From a virus: a stretch of 64,000 nucleotides of DNA. This document shows, in pieces, positions 25,502 to 34,069 of this stretch. Location of the stretch: IMG/VR virus record IMGVR_UViG_3300029813_000275, positions 1-64,000 of that record; one strand, written 5' to 3'. The first letter of the stretch is position 1; every line of letters starts with the position of its first letter. The notes under the pieces were generated by a model. That model did not search any database, was not told where the DNA came from, and saw only the letters and a list, made by a program, of their open reading frames with translations. The translations under genes and the position numbers were made by a program.

Positions 25502-26896
25502 TTAAATTGAAATACTTTCCTTTTCAGCCCATGACCTATCTACCGGGCAAATCTCAAAATCCACGCTTAACGGAACGCTGATCCACGACCATGCTTTTCG
25601 CAAATCTTCACATGTAACACGTTTTATAACTTTCACAACATGTTGCAATTCAGTAGGGGCAACATCAAAAATTATTGAATCATGTATTTGTCCGATTAAT
25701 TTGGTATCCCATTGTTCTTTAATCATGATTTTATCCAATTCAATGAATGACCATAAAAGGCAATGAAAAGCAGAACCACTGATAGGATAATTAGTAACTT
25801 CTTTTTTATTCATTACCCCGCTGCACCGAAAACCGGTTAATGTATCAATATAACCACGCTTTTGATATATACCCCACCACCGGTTTTTCCATGCCTGATA
25901 ACCGGCAAACCGGTTTTCCCAGAAATCATATTCAATTTGTTCTATATGATCCGTAAAACCGTTAAAGGATTTAATGCCTTTTGATATTAAATGATCTGAT
26001 AAATGCATTTCTTCAGATATTTTAATTCCCTGTCCGTTTTTCCATTTACTTTGCGGTAATCCTCCCCAACGACATGCCAGATTCACACCGCAATTTTTAT
26101 AATAATCACCGTAAAACTCCGGAAATACAAAACCGTTTTTGGCAGCGCCCCTTAATATTTTATGCTCTACTGAAGATTCGTCAAATTTATCAATCATAAA
26201 AATCTGCTTCGCCATATCGGCATGCATATCAGAAGCCGGATTATTTATATATTTTATCATATTTGGATCATTGTGGTAGCAAGCACTTATACAAACTTCC
26301 AATTTTGAATAATCCACTTCCAGTAACTGATGCCCCGGACGGGGATATATTGCCTTACGGCAAGCCTGCATAGCTTCCTCGTCCCTGATTGGTATGTTCT
26401 GAAAATTCGGATGATCCGAACTGCTGCGATAAGTACGAACTAAATGCAAATTGAAAAATGGATGAATATAACCATTGACTTGTTCCCGCATGAATCCTTC
26501 TAGGTAAGTATCCCGTATCTTTTTCAATTTACGAATTCTCAATATATCATTCAATTCCGGTATGTTCAGTTGTGTCAAAGCATCCTCATCAGTTGATCCC
26601 TGCTCACCCACAGTTAATTTCACAGGTTTTAATCCTTTTTCCTTATACAAAAAATATCCTAATTGCATATTGGAATTAATATTTGGTTTATTTTTTGTTG
26701 TATGTCCCCAATGTTGGTAGAATTTACTTCGGTAAAATTTATCTTCTAACAGCTTTATTTTTTGAGTTAAATGTTGTTTTTGCTGTTCAATGTAATCTAT
26801 GTCTACACGGATTCCTTGTCTTTCGGCTCTGGAAAAAGCCAAAATACCAGAATGTAACAAATCATATGCTATTTTAATATTTGGATTAAGATTCAT
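25502..26896 (-). CDS. family A DNA polymerase, polymerase (thumb-palm-fingers) domain only
   Basis: HPNFQNIPIR, LLEVDYSKLEVC (motif A DYSQIELR-like), RGAAKNGFVFPEFYG (motif B), QIHDSIIFDV (motif C HDE-like). Confidence 0.9.
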   Translation of the reverse strand: MNLNPNIKIAYDLLHSGILAFSRAERQGIRVDIDYIEQQKQHLTQKIKLLEDKFYRSKFYQHWGHTTKNKPNINSNMQLGYFLYKEKGLKPVKLTVGEQGSTDEDALTQLNIPELNDILRIRKLKKIRDTYLEGFMREQVNGYIHPFFNLHLVRTYRSSSDHPNFQNIPIRDEEAMQACRKAIYPRPGHQLLEVDYSKLEVCISACYHNDPNMIKYINNPASDMHADMAKQIFMIDKFDESSVEHKILRGAAKNGFVFPEFYGDYYKNCGVNLACRWGGLPQSKWKNGQGIKISEEMHLSDHLISKGIKSFNGFTDHIEQIEYDFWENRFAGYQAWKNRWWGIYQKRGYIDTLTGFRCSGVMNKKEVTNYPISGSAFHCLLWSFIELDKIMIKEQWDTKLIGQIHDSIIFDVAPTELQHVVKVIKRVTCEDLRKAWSWISVPLSVDFEICPVDRSWAEKESISI

Positions 26897-27374
26897 GATT
26901 TTTAAACCATTTGTTTGGTGTTAATATCCTGTTAAAGTTCTTTATTACGCTTAAATCCCATATACAACCTCCTGATACATCCCAGGCACAAAACACCATT
27001 GAAAAAAATGTAAGAAAACTATTGTATTTAATATCAGAATAATTTATTATTTCAATTCCTTTATAATCATTCTTTACTTTTTTCCAATCAATATATGGTA
27101 CATTTTTTATCATACATTTTTCATATCTTTTTTGAAATTCACATAATTCACCATTATCTGATATAACAAATACATCAGTCATATCAATATCTAATTCAAA
27201 TAAATATTTTTTTATCCAATCAGGTTCTTCACCATAACACCAATCAAGCCATTCATTATTAATTCCATACCATAATCCAAGAGGTTTAAAACTTTCAATC
27301 CCTGAATAGCATTTAGAATTAATTAATGTTTTGGAATTCGTATTATGCACTCTTTTCATAATTTTCTTCTCCAA
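26886..27374 (-). CDS. hypothetical protein
   Basis: 162-aa ORF between the two polymerase genes. Confidence 0.55.
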   Translation of the reverse strand: MEKKIMKRVHNTNSKTLINSKCYSGIESFKPLGLWYGINNEWLDWCYGEEPDWIKKYLFELDIDMTDVFVISDNGELCEFQKRYEKCMIKNVPYIDWKKVKNDYKGIEIINYSDIKYNSFLTFFSMVFCAWDVSGGCIWDLSVIKNFNRILTPNKWFKNHES

Positions 27375-27574
27375 TTATATTCTGATGCTGATATTTTGAA
27401 TACTTCACATTTACTACCATCAGGCATCCAAAATTCAAAATCTTCCGGATTATATCCATTTTTTTTCAATTCATTAATCAATAATCCAAGCCAACTTTCC
27501 AGTGGGATATGTTTTTTACCATCAAATGCCGCGCTCACCCCGTTTGGAAAAGTATATACTATTTTTTTATTCAT
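27356..27574 (-). CDS. hypothetical protein
   Basis: 72-aa ORF between the two polymerase genes. Confidence 0.5.
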   Translation of the reverse strand: MNKKIVYTFPNGVSAAFDGKKHIPLESWLGLLINELKKNGYNPEDFEFWMPDGSKCEVFKISASEYNWRRKL

Positions 27575-27591
27575 GATTAAAATTTTTATTT

Positions 27592-27819
27592 CTAAATCTT
27601 AATAAACCACCATTCTCTGCCATCAGTGCAATAATTAAATTCAATCTTAATAATTGCTATACATTTATAATATCCAAGAATGTAATCTTCTATAAATTTA
27701 ATTACTTCCGGATAACAATGCCCTCTAAGCACAATGAAAGATTTACTATTATAAGCTAATCTTAGCTCATGTTTGTAATCATTTTCAATTTTTGTTTTTA
27801 TTTTTGTAAGCTGTTCCAT
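27592..27819 (-). CDS. hypothetical protein
   Basis: 75-aa ORF between the two polymerase genes. Confidence 0.5.
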   Translation of the reverse strand: MEQLTKIKTKIENDYKHELRLAYNSKSFIVLRGHCYPEVIKFIEDYILGYYKCIAIIKIEFNYCTDGREWWFIKI

Positions 27820-27847
27820 GGTTTATAGTTTTAAATAGTTTATAATT

Positions 27848-28756
27848 TTAATAAAAAAGAGGTTTACAAAGCGATCCTCTTAATACTATTTGTAAAGCCC
27901 GTTCATAAGTAATCTCATTATTTTTAATATTCATCATCTGTTCATACCTTTTTGATTCTCTCTTTTTTAATCTTTCAAAACGTGTTTTATCAAACATAAT
28001 ACCGAATGCACAATAAGCACATCCCGTAGATTTTTCTCCTTTATCATAAATATCACAATACTTTAAATTATTCTGCTTTATATATTTCCAAACATCTTCT
28101 TTTGTCCAAATTGATAAAGGCATGCATGTATTTCTTTTGGTATTAATACAACTGGTTTGGAGATAACAAATTCTTCTGATTCTGGAATCAATTGCTTTAT
28201 CACCTATAAACATTCCATCTTTTCGAAATGATTTCATAGGTTTTATCTTTAAAAAATCACAGCATTTATCACTAATATCAAAAGGCGCATTGATTAAATA
28301 TTGATATTTTTTCGGTAATTTGAATGATTTTGTCCTTGTTCCATCTCTTTTGATGCCTGTTAAATATAAATTTCTGGTCGCTTCATTACGGGGATTAGGA
28401 TGACGTAAATCCCATATCATTCGAGCTGTTATTTTACTTATTAAAGGAAATCCATATTTATTTATAACTTCAGTAAAAGTAATATCCGGCTTAACTATTT
28501 TAACATTGTCTGTATTTTTAACAAATTTCAAAATTTCAGAAAATTCATTTGTAGTATTTGAAAATACTGCTTTTTTGTTTTTATTTATCATTCTAATAAG
28601 ATGAAGCATTACAACGCTATCTATCCCTCCAGAGAACGCTATCGTACTATTTGGATACATAGAAAAAAAAGAATCAATAATGTATAAAGAATGATCTATT
28701 TTTTGTGATAATGTCCAATTAATTCTATCATTCAATTCTTTATTTGAAATTTTCAT
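27848..28756 (-). CDS. PAPS reductase-like PP-loop ATP pyrophosphatase
   Basis: STIAFSGGIDSVVMLHL (SGGxDS PP-loop as in the PAPS_reduct/DndC/IbrA family); C-terminal CAYCAFG cysteines; 302 aa. Confidence 0.7.
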   Translation of the reverse strand: MKISNKELNDRINWTLSQKIDHSLYIIDSFFSMYPNSTIAFSGGIDSVVMLHLIRMINKNKKAVFSNTTNEFSEILKFVKNTDNVKIVKPDITFTEVINKYGFPLISKITARMIWDLRHPNPRNEATRNLYLTGIKRDGTRTKSFKLPKKYQYLINAPFDISDKCCDFLKIKPMKSFRKDGMFIGDKAIDSRIRRICYLQTSCINTKRNTCMPLSIWTKEDVWKYIKQNNLKYCDIYDKGEKSTGCAYCAFGIMFDKTRFERLKKRESKRYEQMMNIKNNEITYERALQIVLRGSLCKPLFY

Positions 28757-30051
28757 TAAAAAGGCAAATCATTATAATTCATTAATTCCATTTGAAGCAT
28801 ACTTAACCTGTATGCATAAATTGCATCAAGCCCGCAATATTCTAATAGTTTTTCCTGGCCACCAGGCTGTTTCAATAATTCATAAATCCTATTCATATTA
28901 TTTCCACCCTTTGTTGTGGCCTGTAAATATGAGGTAATTTCACTTGCATAATCTACTATCCCAAAATTTACGTATGTCTGAAATTTTAAACCGGTAATAC
29001 CCGGTCGATTATCCAAAACATGAGCAGCTAACATGCTATCCCATATCCAGTTTTGAATTGGTTGTTGTAATTGTTTAACGCCCCACACCTCCTCAAATTT
29101 TATATTGTGTGCTATTTTACCGATGTTAGGATTAGCAAGTAAATCAATGAAAGGTTGTCGTGCTTTTCGACTTTTCGGCATCATAAACACAAAACATTTA
29201 TTTTCACTGATAGCCACAGCAGCACAAATAATCCGATGTCCTTTACTATGTGGTTTCAACCCGGTTGTTTCATAATCAATAGCAACTTTATCAATTTTAA
29301 TAATATGATCCCCATATTTACCTTGCAAAGCAGATAGAATAGATAAATCTTCAATCGTTTCAATATTTGGTTCTTGATATACTGGAAAATATTGATGTTC
29401 AGGAAAACGTTCATTTGTTTGTCTAATAGCACGTTCCAAATCCTGTATCCATACTGTTTCTACTTCTTTTTCCGAACGGCTTACATAGCTGGAATGAAAC
29501 ATTGGACAAATCCAGGTATTGAAATCCTGATCAGGTATTGCCCATCCCCGCCATTTCATTATCCCTCCTAAGTCTTTTTTCCAACGATGTGCCAATAAGC
29601 AATACAAAGCAGAATTTCCTAACAATACAATCACTTTTGGTCGGTATCGTTCAATTGTTTGTAATATATTTTTCCGGCAACAATCAATTTCATAATTATT
29701 TGGTGTTCGGTTAATTCCTTCCTTATCTATTGGACGGCAATTTACTGCATTAACATTTAAACAATCTTCAAATAAATCTATTCCTAATCTGCGATATGTT
29801 TTCTGAAGTAATCTACCAGTTTTACCTTGCCATGGTTTACCCCGTTTATCTTCAATCTCCCCCGGAGCTTCCCCGATGTTGAGAATGCCTTTTTTGAAAT
29901 TACCAAATGGTTTCATTTTTGGATTTAGTACATTTCTACATAATCCGCATGAAACGCAGGAATAAGTTTTGCCATCCGGGCGGAATTTTGATTCAGTTTG
30001 TTTTGTTGTAAAAAATCCTTGGTTCATAATGCTTTTTTCAAACGATACCAT
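28756..30051 (-). CDS. uracil-DNA glycosylase family-4 domain fused to PolA-type 3'-5' exonuclease domain
   Basis: N-terminus: CVSCGLC and GEAPGEIEDKRGKPWQGKTGRLL (UDG4 motif A), FHSSY (HPS-like motif B). C-terminus: VAIDYETTGL (Exo I DxE) and exonuclease-like remainder. Ends at the exo/pol domain boundary. Confidence 0.8.
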   Translation of the reverse strand: MVSFEKSIMNQGFFTTKQTESKFRPDGKTYSCVSCGLCRNVLNPKMKPFGNFKKGILNIGEAPGEIEDKRGKPWQGKTGRLLQKTYRRLGIDLFEDCLNVNAVNCRPIDKEGINRTPNNYEIDCCRKNILQTIERYRPKVIVLLGNSALYCLLAHRWKKDLGGIMKWRGWAIPDQDFNTWICPMFHSSYVSRSEKEVETVWIQDLERAIRQTNERFPEHQYFPVYQEPNIETIEDLSILSALQGKYGDHIIKIDKVAIDYETTGLKPHSKGHRIICAAVAISENKCFVFMMPKSRKARQPFIDLLANPNIGKIAHNIKFEEVWGVKQLQQPIQNWIWDSMLAAHVLDNRPGITGLKFQTYVNFGIVDYASEITSYLQATTKGGNNMNRIYELLKQPGGQEKLLEYCGLDAIYAYRLSMLQMELMNYNDLPF

Positions 30052-30383
30052 ATTTGTGGCATCATTATAGGTGGAAATCTATAACAAAAATCTTCTCCTG
30101 TAATTTCAATATATTCTAAACTATCTTTTTTATTAACGGAAATATCGTAAAAAGGTAATTTTATTTTATTAATAAGAGAAACATTTTTCTCATTAAAAAT
30201 ACAAGTAATAATTTTGATGCGTCTTTTTTTACTTCCAGGGTACATTAAATAAATAGTTTTATGAGATATTGTTTCTACTGGTTGTAATATAGTATACAAT
30301 TGTTCAAAAATACAGCTAATCTTTTCCTTAAAGGAAAATCGACGAACTTCCCAGTCACTAAAAAATGATTCCATATCAAACAA
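30024..30383 (-). CDS. hypothetical protein
   Basis: 119-aa ORF in minus-strand array. Confidence 0.5.
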   Translation of the reverse strand: MFDMESFFSDWEVRRFSFKEKISCIFEQLYTILQPVETISHKTIYLMYPGSKKRRIKIITCIFNEKNVSLINKIKLPFYDISVNKKDSLEYIEITGEDFCYRFPPIMMPQIWYRLKKAL

Positions 30384-30392
30384 TTTTTATTT

Positions 30393-31394
30393 CTATTCGT
30401 TCCATAACATTGATAAGTATTCCCAATTTTCACCTTCAAACTTCAAACGGTTTTCACCAAGTATACAGGTTAACGTTTCCGCCAAAATATCTTTTAAAAG
30501 ATATGGAGTAATGGAAAATGTTACCGGGTCACCATCATATTTCATATTTATTTCTTCTTCAAACCACCCAGAATCAGATTCACTTCTTACTTTTAATCTT
30601 TTATCTTTTAAAGTGATAATAATATGCTCATCCAAAAAATGATCGCGTTTACTAAATACAGTGGCGCGATCCAACACTTCATTAATAGTTTTCGGAAAGG
30701 TAATCGGAACACCTTCCACATCCATAAGATGAGCGCATTCAGGAAATTTATCTTCAAACACCCGGCAGGATATGATTGTCCCCTCATCAGTTTGAAAATG
30801 CACCCATCCTTCACCCTCAGTAATCATTTCCGGCTCTAATTTAATTAGTTCTGCAACTGATGTGGCCGGGATCAGGAATGTTTTAATAGGCATCTTTTCT
30901 TCTAACTGGCATCGGGTAATACGATAAGCATCCGACGCTTCAATAATATCTTCATTAATATGTACGCAAGTCAACGCCGGTCTACTCATATCGTGAGAAC
31001 ATGCTGCCATAGCAAATTTTATATGCTTAAGAAAATCTTCCGGTAATTTTTCCCATTTATCTTGTCTCCTGATTTCTTCCAGGGGTAATTTGATTTCCTG
31101 CTGAAGTGTTAGTCCGGCTTTTGCCCGGCCGGATTCCAAGATGATTTCATTCTCTTTTGTTGTAATTTCAATTTCATCCTTTTTAATTTTCCCCAGCAAT
31201 TTATATAACTCCTCAGCTTGAATAGCTCCTTCCATTTCCAGCCCTTCAACCGGATGAGAAATACTGATTTCATCATTGTATGTAACAACGCGCCCTTTCA
31301 TAAAGGCAAACGAATTGGATTGTTCAATCATTTCTTTGTTAGCCAACCCTGGCTTAACAATTTCTAATGCTTTTTGTAATTCTGTTTTGTTCAT
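30393..31394 (-). CDS. DNA polymerase sliding clamp (beta/DnaN-like)
   Basis: 333 aa; the N-terminus ELQKALEIVKPGLANKE....SFAFMKG.VVTYNDEISISHPVEG..MEGAIQAEELYKLL follows the DnaN pattern; adjacent to replication genes. Confidence 0.6.
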   Translation of the reverse strand: MNKTELQKALEIVKPGLANKEMIEQSNSFAFMKGRVVTYNDEISISHPVEGLEMEGAIQAEELYKLLGKIKKDEIEITTKENEIILESGRAKAGLTLQQEIKLPLEEIRRQDKWEKLPEDFLKHIKFAMAACSHDMSRPALTCVHINEDIIEASDAYRITRCQLEEKMPIKTFLIPATSVAELIKLEPEMITEGEGWVHFQTDEGTIISCRVFEDKFPECAHLMDVEGVPITFPKTINEVLDRATVFSKRDHFLDEHIIITLKDKRLKVRSESDSGWFEEEINMKYDGDPVTFSITPYLLKDILAETLTCILGENRLKFEGENWEYLSMLWNE

Positions 31395-31400
31395 TTTTTA

Positions 31401-31583
31401 TTATTTTAAATGTTTCTTTCTTGGATCACATCTACCAGTAATACAATATTGAGTTAATAAAACTTTAGTAATTTCTTGTTCCTTCAAAAAATAGAAACTT
31501 ACTAATCTTCTGTTTGCTTTTTTCTTGGTTAAACTTCTTCCAAGACTTCTATCAGTTAACCAAGTTGCCATATAGATTTTCAT
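31401..31583 (-). CDS. hypothetical 60-aa protein resembling the N-terminus of the adjacent DpdA
   Basis: MKIYMA...(18 aa)...RRLVSFYF versus DpdA MIIYFA...(17 aa)...RRLLSYFF. Confidence 0.35.
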   Translation of the reverse strand: MKIYMATWLTDRSLGRSLTKKKANRRLVSFYFLKEQEITKVLLTQYCITGRCDPRKKHLK

Positions 31584-31586
31584 GAT

Positions 31587-32663
31587 TTAAAAAAAACTAC
31601 TAATTTCTTTTCTTTTAAATGCCCAAGGCCATTCTGGCATGGATTTCTCCAAATCCAGAAAGTAAATAATATTCATTTCATCTCTGAGTTGGTATTTATT
31701 TGATATTCCTGGTTCTTTTATGATTTCCAGTTCTCTTTTACTTGTTTTGTTTTTTGGTTTCTTTTCAGCCCAACGTTCATTTATGGCTGGTTTATATGTT
31801 TGATCAACTTTTTTAAAGTCGGAATGTCCCAGTTTGTATCCTTTTTCGTGAATATAGTTGAGAAGAATTTGTTTATTAATTGGAGATAAAGTTTCAATAT
31901 GTTTTCCAGCCTCTTTAATGTTTGGATTTCGATTAGAAACTGTTATTTTCCAAGAATTCTCATCATAAATCCACCGTCCATTTTTGTACCGGGGAATAAA
32001 AATTGATCCCATCCTTCCAGTAATTACCCAAGAAGTACTATCCACACTATACCAGGGATAACGCAACATAATACTTAGAGCAGTTAATCCGAAACCATGC
32101 ACTTTCATTTTTGGGTATCCTTTTTGATCACACAAAAGATTAAGAAAAACAAAATCTAATTGTTTTATGATTTGTGTTTTCGATATTGTACCGCCTGCCA
32201 TTCCTCCCAACGCAATATAATCGTAACCACGGTTTAAATAACGTTTTAACCATTTTGGATCTTCGAAAGTAGTATGAAAAACTGGTAGTGGATGTAATCC
32301 GGCTTTCTCCATTATCATTTGATTTTTCCAAGTTTCTTTAGGACTACTAATCACATCTAAATTAGCATAAATATCAATTACATCCTTATGTTCTTTAATG
32401 AATGAAATGTAATCTTCAATGTTAATTTCTTTTCCTTGTGTCCAAGCAGAAAAAGCTCCTGAGTCAAGAAACAGTTCTACTTTTTTGTTTTTAGGCATGA
32501 TGTAATTGATTGTTCTAATCATTTCTATACTCTCCTTTTGATATCTTGGCATGTTCCACTCTTCAATTATGAAAAAATATGAAAGTAGGCGTCTTTTTCC
32601 TATAAGTAATACTTTTCTTTCTCTCTTATACGTTCCAGTAGCTCCAGCGAAATAAATGATCAT
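31587..32663 (-). CDS. dpdA: DpdA-type DNA transglycosylase (tRNA-guanine transglycosylase superfamily)
   Basis: [12 protein letters not shown] corresponds to the TGT catalytic DSGGFQ loop in its DpdA form; 358 aa; ATGA-coupled to folE and embedded in the que gene cluster. Confidence 0.7.
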   Translation of the reverse strand: MIIYFAGATGTYKRERKVLLIGKRRLLSYFFIIEEWNMPRYQKESIEMIRTINYIMPKNKKVELFLDSGAFSAWTQGKEINIEDYISFIKEHKDVIDIYANLDVISSPKETWKNQMIMEKAGLHPLPVFHTTFEDPKWLKRYLNRGYDYIALGGMAGGTISKTQIIKQLDFVFLNLLCDQKGYPKMKVHGFGLTALSIMLRYPWYSVDSTSWVITGRMGSIFIPRYKNGRWIYDENSWKITVSNRNPNIKEAGKHIETLSPINKQILLNYIHEKGYKLGHSDFKKVDQTYKPAINERWAEKKPKNKTSKRELEIIKEPGISNKYQLRDEMNIIYFLDLEKSMPEWPWAFKRKEISSFF

Positions 32664-33214
32664 TTTATCAGTTCCATTAATTCAATTCTGGCTTCAGACT
32701 TTTCCATGAAAGCTCCTTTCAAACTTGAAGTAGTCATTATAGAATGTTGTTTTGAAATTCCTCTCATTCTCATACACATATGAATTGCTTCAATAATACA
32801 GGCTGCTCCTAAAGGTTTCAAATATTTCATAAGAGCATACGTTACTTGTTCCCCGATTCGTTCTTGAATTTGTAAACGCCTTGCATAAATATCAACCAAT
32901 CGTGCCAATTTGGAAATGCCCACTACTTGTTTATCCGGAATGTAAGCAACATGAGCTTTTCCAAAAAATGGTAACATATGATGTTCACACATTGAGAAAA
33001 GTTCAATATCTTTGAGCAGCACAATTTGATCATAACCATCAGAATTGAAAGTTGTGGTTAATACATCTGCTGGACTTTTCTTATAACCGGTGTATAACTC
33101 AGTCCAAGAGCATATTATTCGTTTTGGGGTGTCTAATAAGCCCTCTCTGTTTGGATTCTCTCCAATATACTTTATCTGATTAATAAGATTTTGTTTAATT
33201 TCTTTTTCTTTCAT
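32660..33214 (-). CDS. folE: GTP cyclohydrolase I
   Basis: [21 protein letters not shown]....[24 protein letters not shown] is the FolE signature. Start placed at the ATG that forms an ATGA overlap with the queC stop; the ORF is also open to 33241. Confidence 0.9.
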   Translation of the reverse strand: MKEKEIKQNLINQIKYIGENPNREGLLDTPKRIICSWTELYTGYKKSPADVLTTTFNSDGYDQIVLLKDIELFSMCEHHMLPFFGKAHVAYIPDKQVVGISKLARLVDIYARRLQIQERIGEQVTYALMKYLKPLGAACIIEAIHMCMRMRGISKQHSIMTTSSLKGAFMEKSEARIELMELIK

Positions 33215-33726
33215 ATCATAAGTTTTTGTCTTTCTCGACAATTAGAACAGTCACAATTATGCCAATTGTCATTATTTTTATAACAATTATAAAAATCAGT
33301 ATTATTTCTATTAAGTAAGAACTGAAAGCATTTTCTTTTAGTCCATCCAACAATTGGTAGTTTAACTTTAATTTTAAGAAGATGTCCATAAATTTTCAAA
33401 GTTAACCAATTTGCATCCCCCCATTTGTCAAACAAAGGAAGAATCCAACGAGTTCCTAAATAGATTTCATCATATCCTCGTATTTGTATTTGATTAATAA
33501 AGTGAAAGTTTCTTCCAGGTATATCATCCCAACCAGGCATTTTAATAGTAAAAAAATTAACTGTTTGGTGTAAACTACAAAGTTTCTTGGCTTTCTCTTG
33601 TTCTTTACTTTTGTAACTTTGATTATAATCCACAAAAAAAGCATCAAAACTTACTCCACGTTCAATTAGCTGACAAAACACAACTGCACTATCAAATCCA
33701 CCAGATAATAAAAGAGCCTTTTTCAT
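33211..33726 (-). CDS. queC: compact QueC-like PP-loop enzyme (7-cyano-7-deazaguanine synthase family; DpdL-type alternative not excluded)
   Basis: [14 protein letters not shown] (SGGxDS), VDYNQ (DYGQ-like), IPGRN, C-terminal NCY...C.C..CRER zinc-type cysteines; only 171 aa versus about 220-230 for typical QueC. Confidence 0.7.
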   Translation of the reverse strand: MKKALLLSGGFDSAVVFCQLIERGVSFDAFFVDYNQSYKSKEQEKAKKLCSLHQTVNFFTIKMPGWDDIPGRNFHFINQIQIRGYDEIYLGTRWILPLFDKWGDANWLTLKIYGHLLKIKVKLPIVGWTKRKCFQFLLNRNNTDFYNCYKNNDNWHNCDCSNCRERQKLMI

Positions 33727-34067
33727 TTCTTTTTTTTAAGTGTAAAAGTAAACAGTGGATATAATGGTTGCCAAGACATTTTACCACTATGTGTGAACAT
33801 ATCAAGTATTACATGTACCAAAACTCCACTTGATAGTTCCGGTTTAACTAACCACAATACAATTATCAATAACATTGAGTGTGACACTCGATACATTATC
33901 AATTCCACTTTGGATAAGGAATTTGCATTAAAAGATTTTCCTGTCTTTCGTATTTTGATTTCATTCCAAACAAGTGGTAAGTCCGGAATAACTGCACCTA
34001 CAAAAAATCCTAAACCAAGTTGAGTAGCTCCTATTACACCGGACAGTAAATGCCATTTAAAATGCAT
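33723..34067 (-). CDS. small polytopic membrane protein, YdjM/DUF457-like putative metal-dependent hydrolase
   Basis: 114 aa; 3 hydrophobic helices; His/Asp positions (HFKWH, PDLP, SHS, HVILDMFTH) resemble the membrane-bound YdjM family; weak. Confidence 0.35.
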   Translation of the reverse strand: MHFKWHLLSGVIGATQLGLGFFVGAVIPDLPLVWNEIKIRKTGKSFNANSLSKVELIMYRVSHSMLLIIVLWLVKPELSSGVLVHVILDMFTHSGKMSWQPLYPLFTFTLKKKK

Positions 34068-34069
34068 CT

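Noticed and set aside
25502-30051. Intein or group I intron as the cause of the split polymerase
   Set aside because: The intervening ORFs have their own starts and stops and are translationally coupled. I could see no Hint-domain blocks (C/S...HN-C/S/T junctions) or intron-like structured non-coding segments.
33215-33241. Longer FolE start at 33241, overlapping queC by 31 nt
   Set aside because: An in-frame ATG at 33214 forms an ATGA stop-start junction with queC, like most junctions in this operon. The extra 9 residues are not part of the conserved FolE core.
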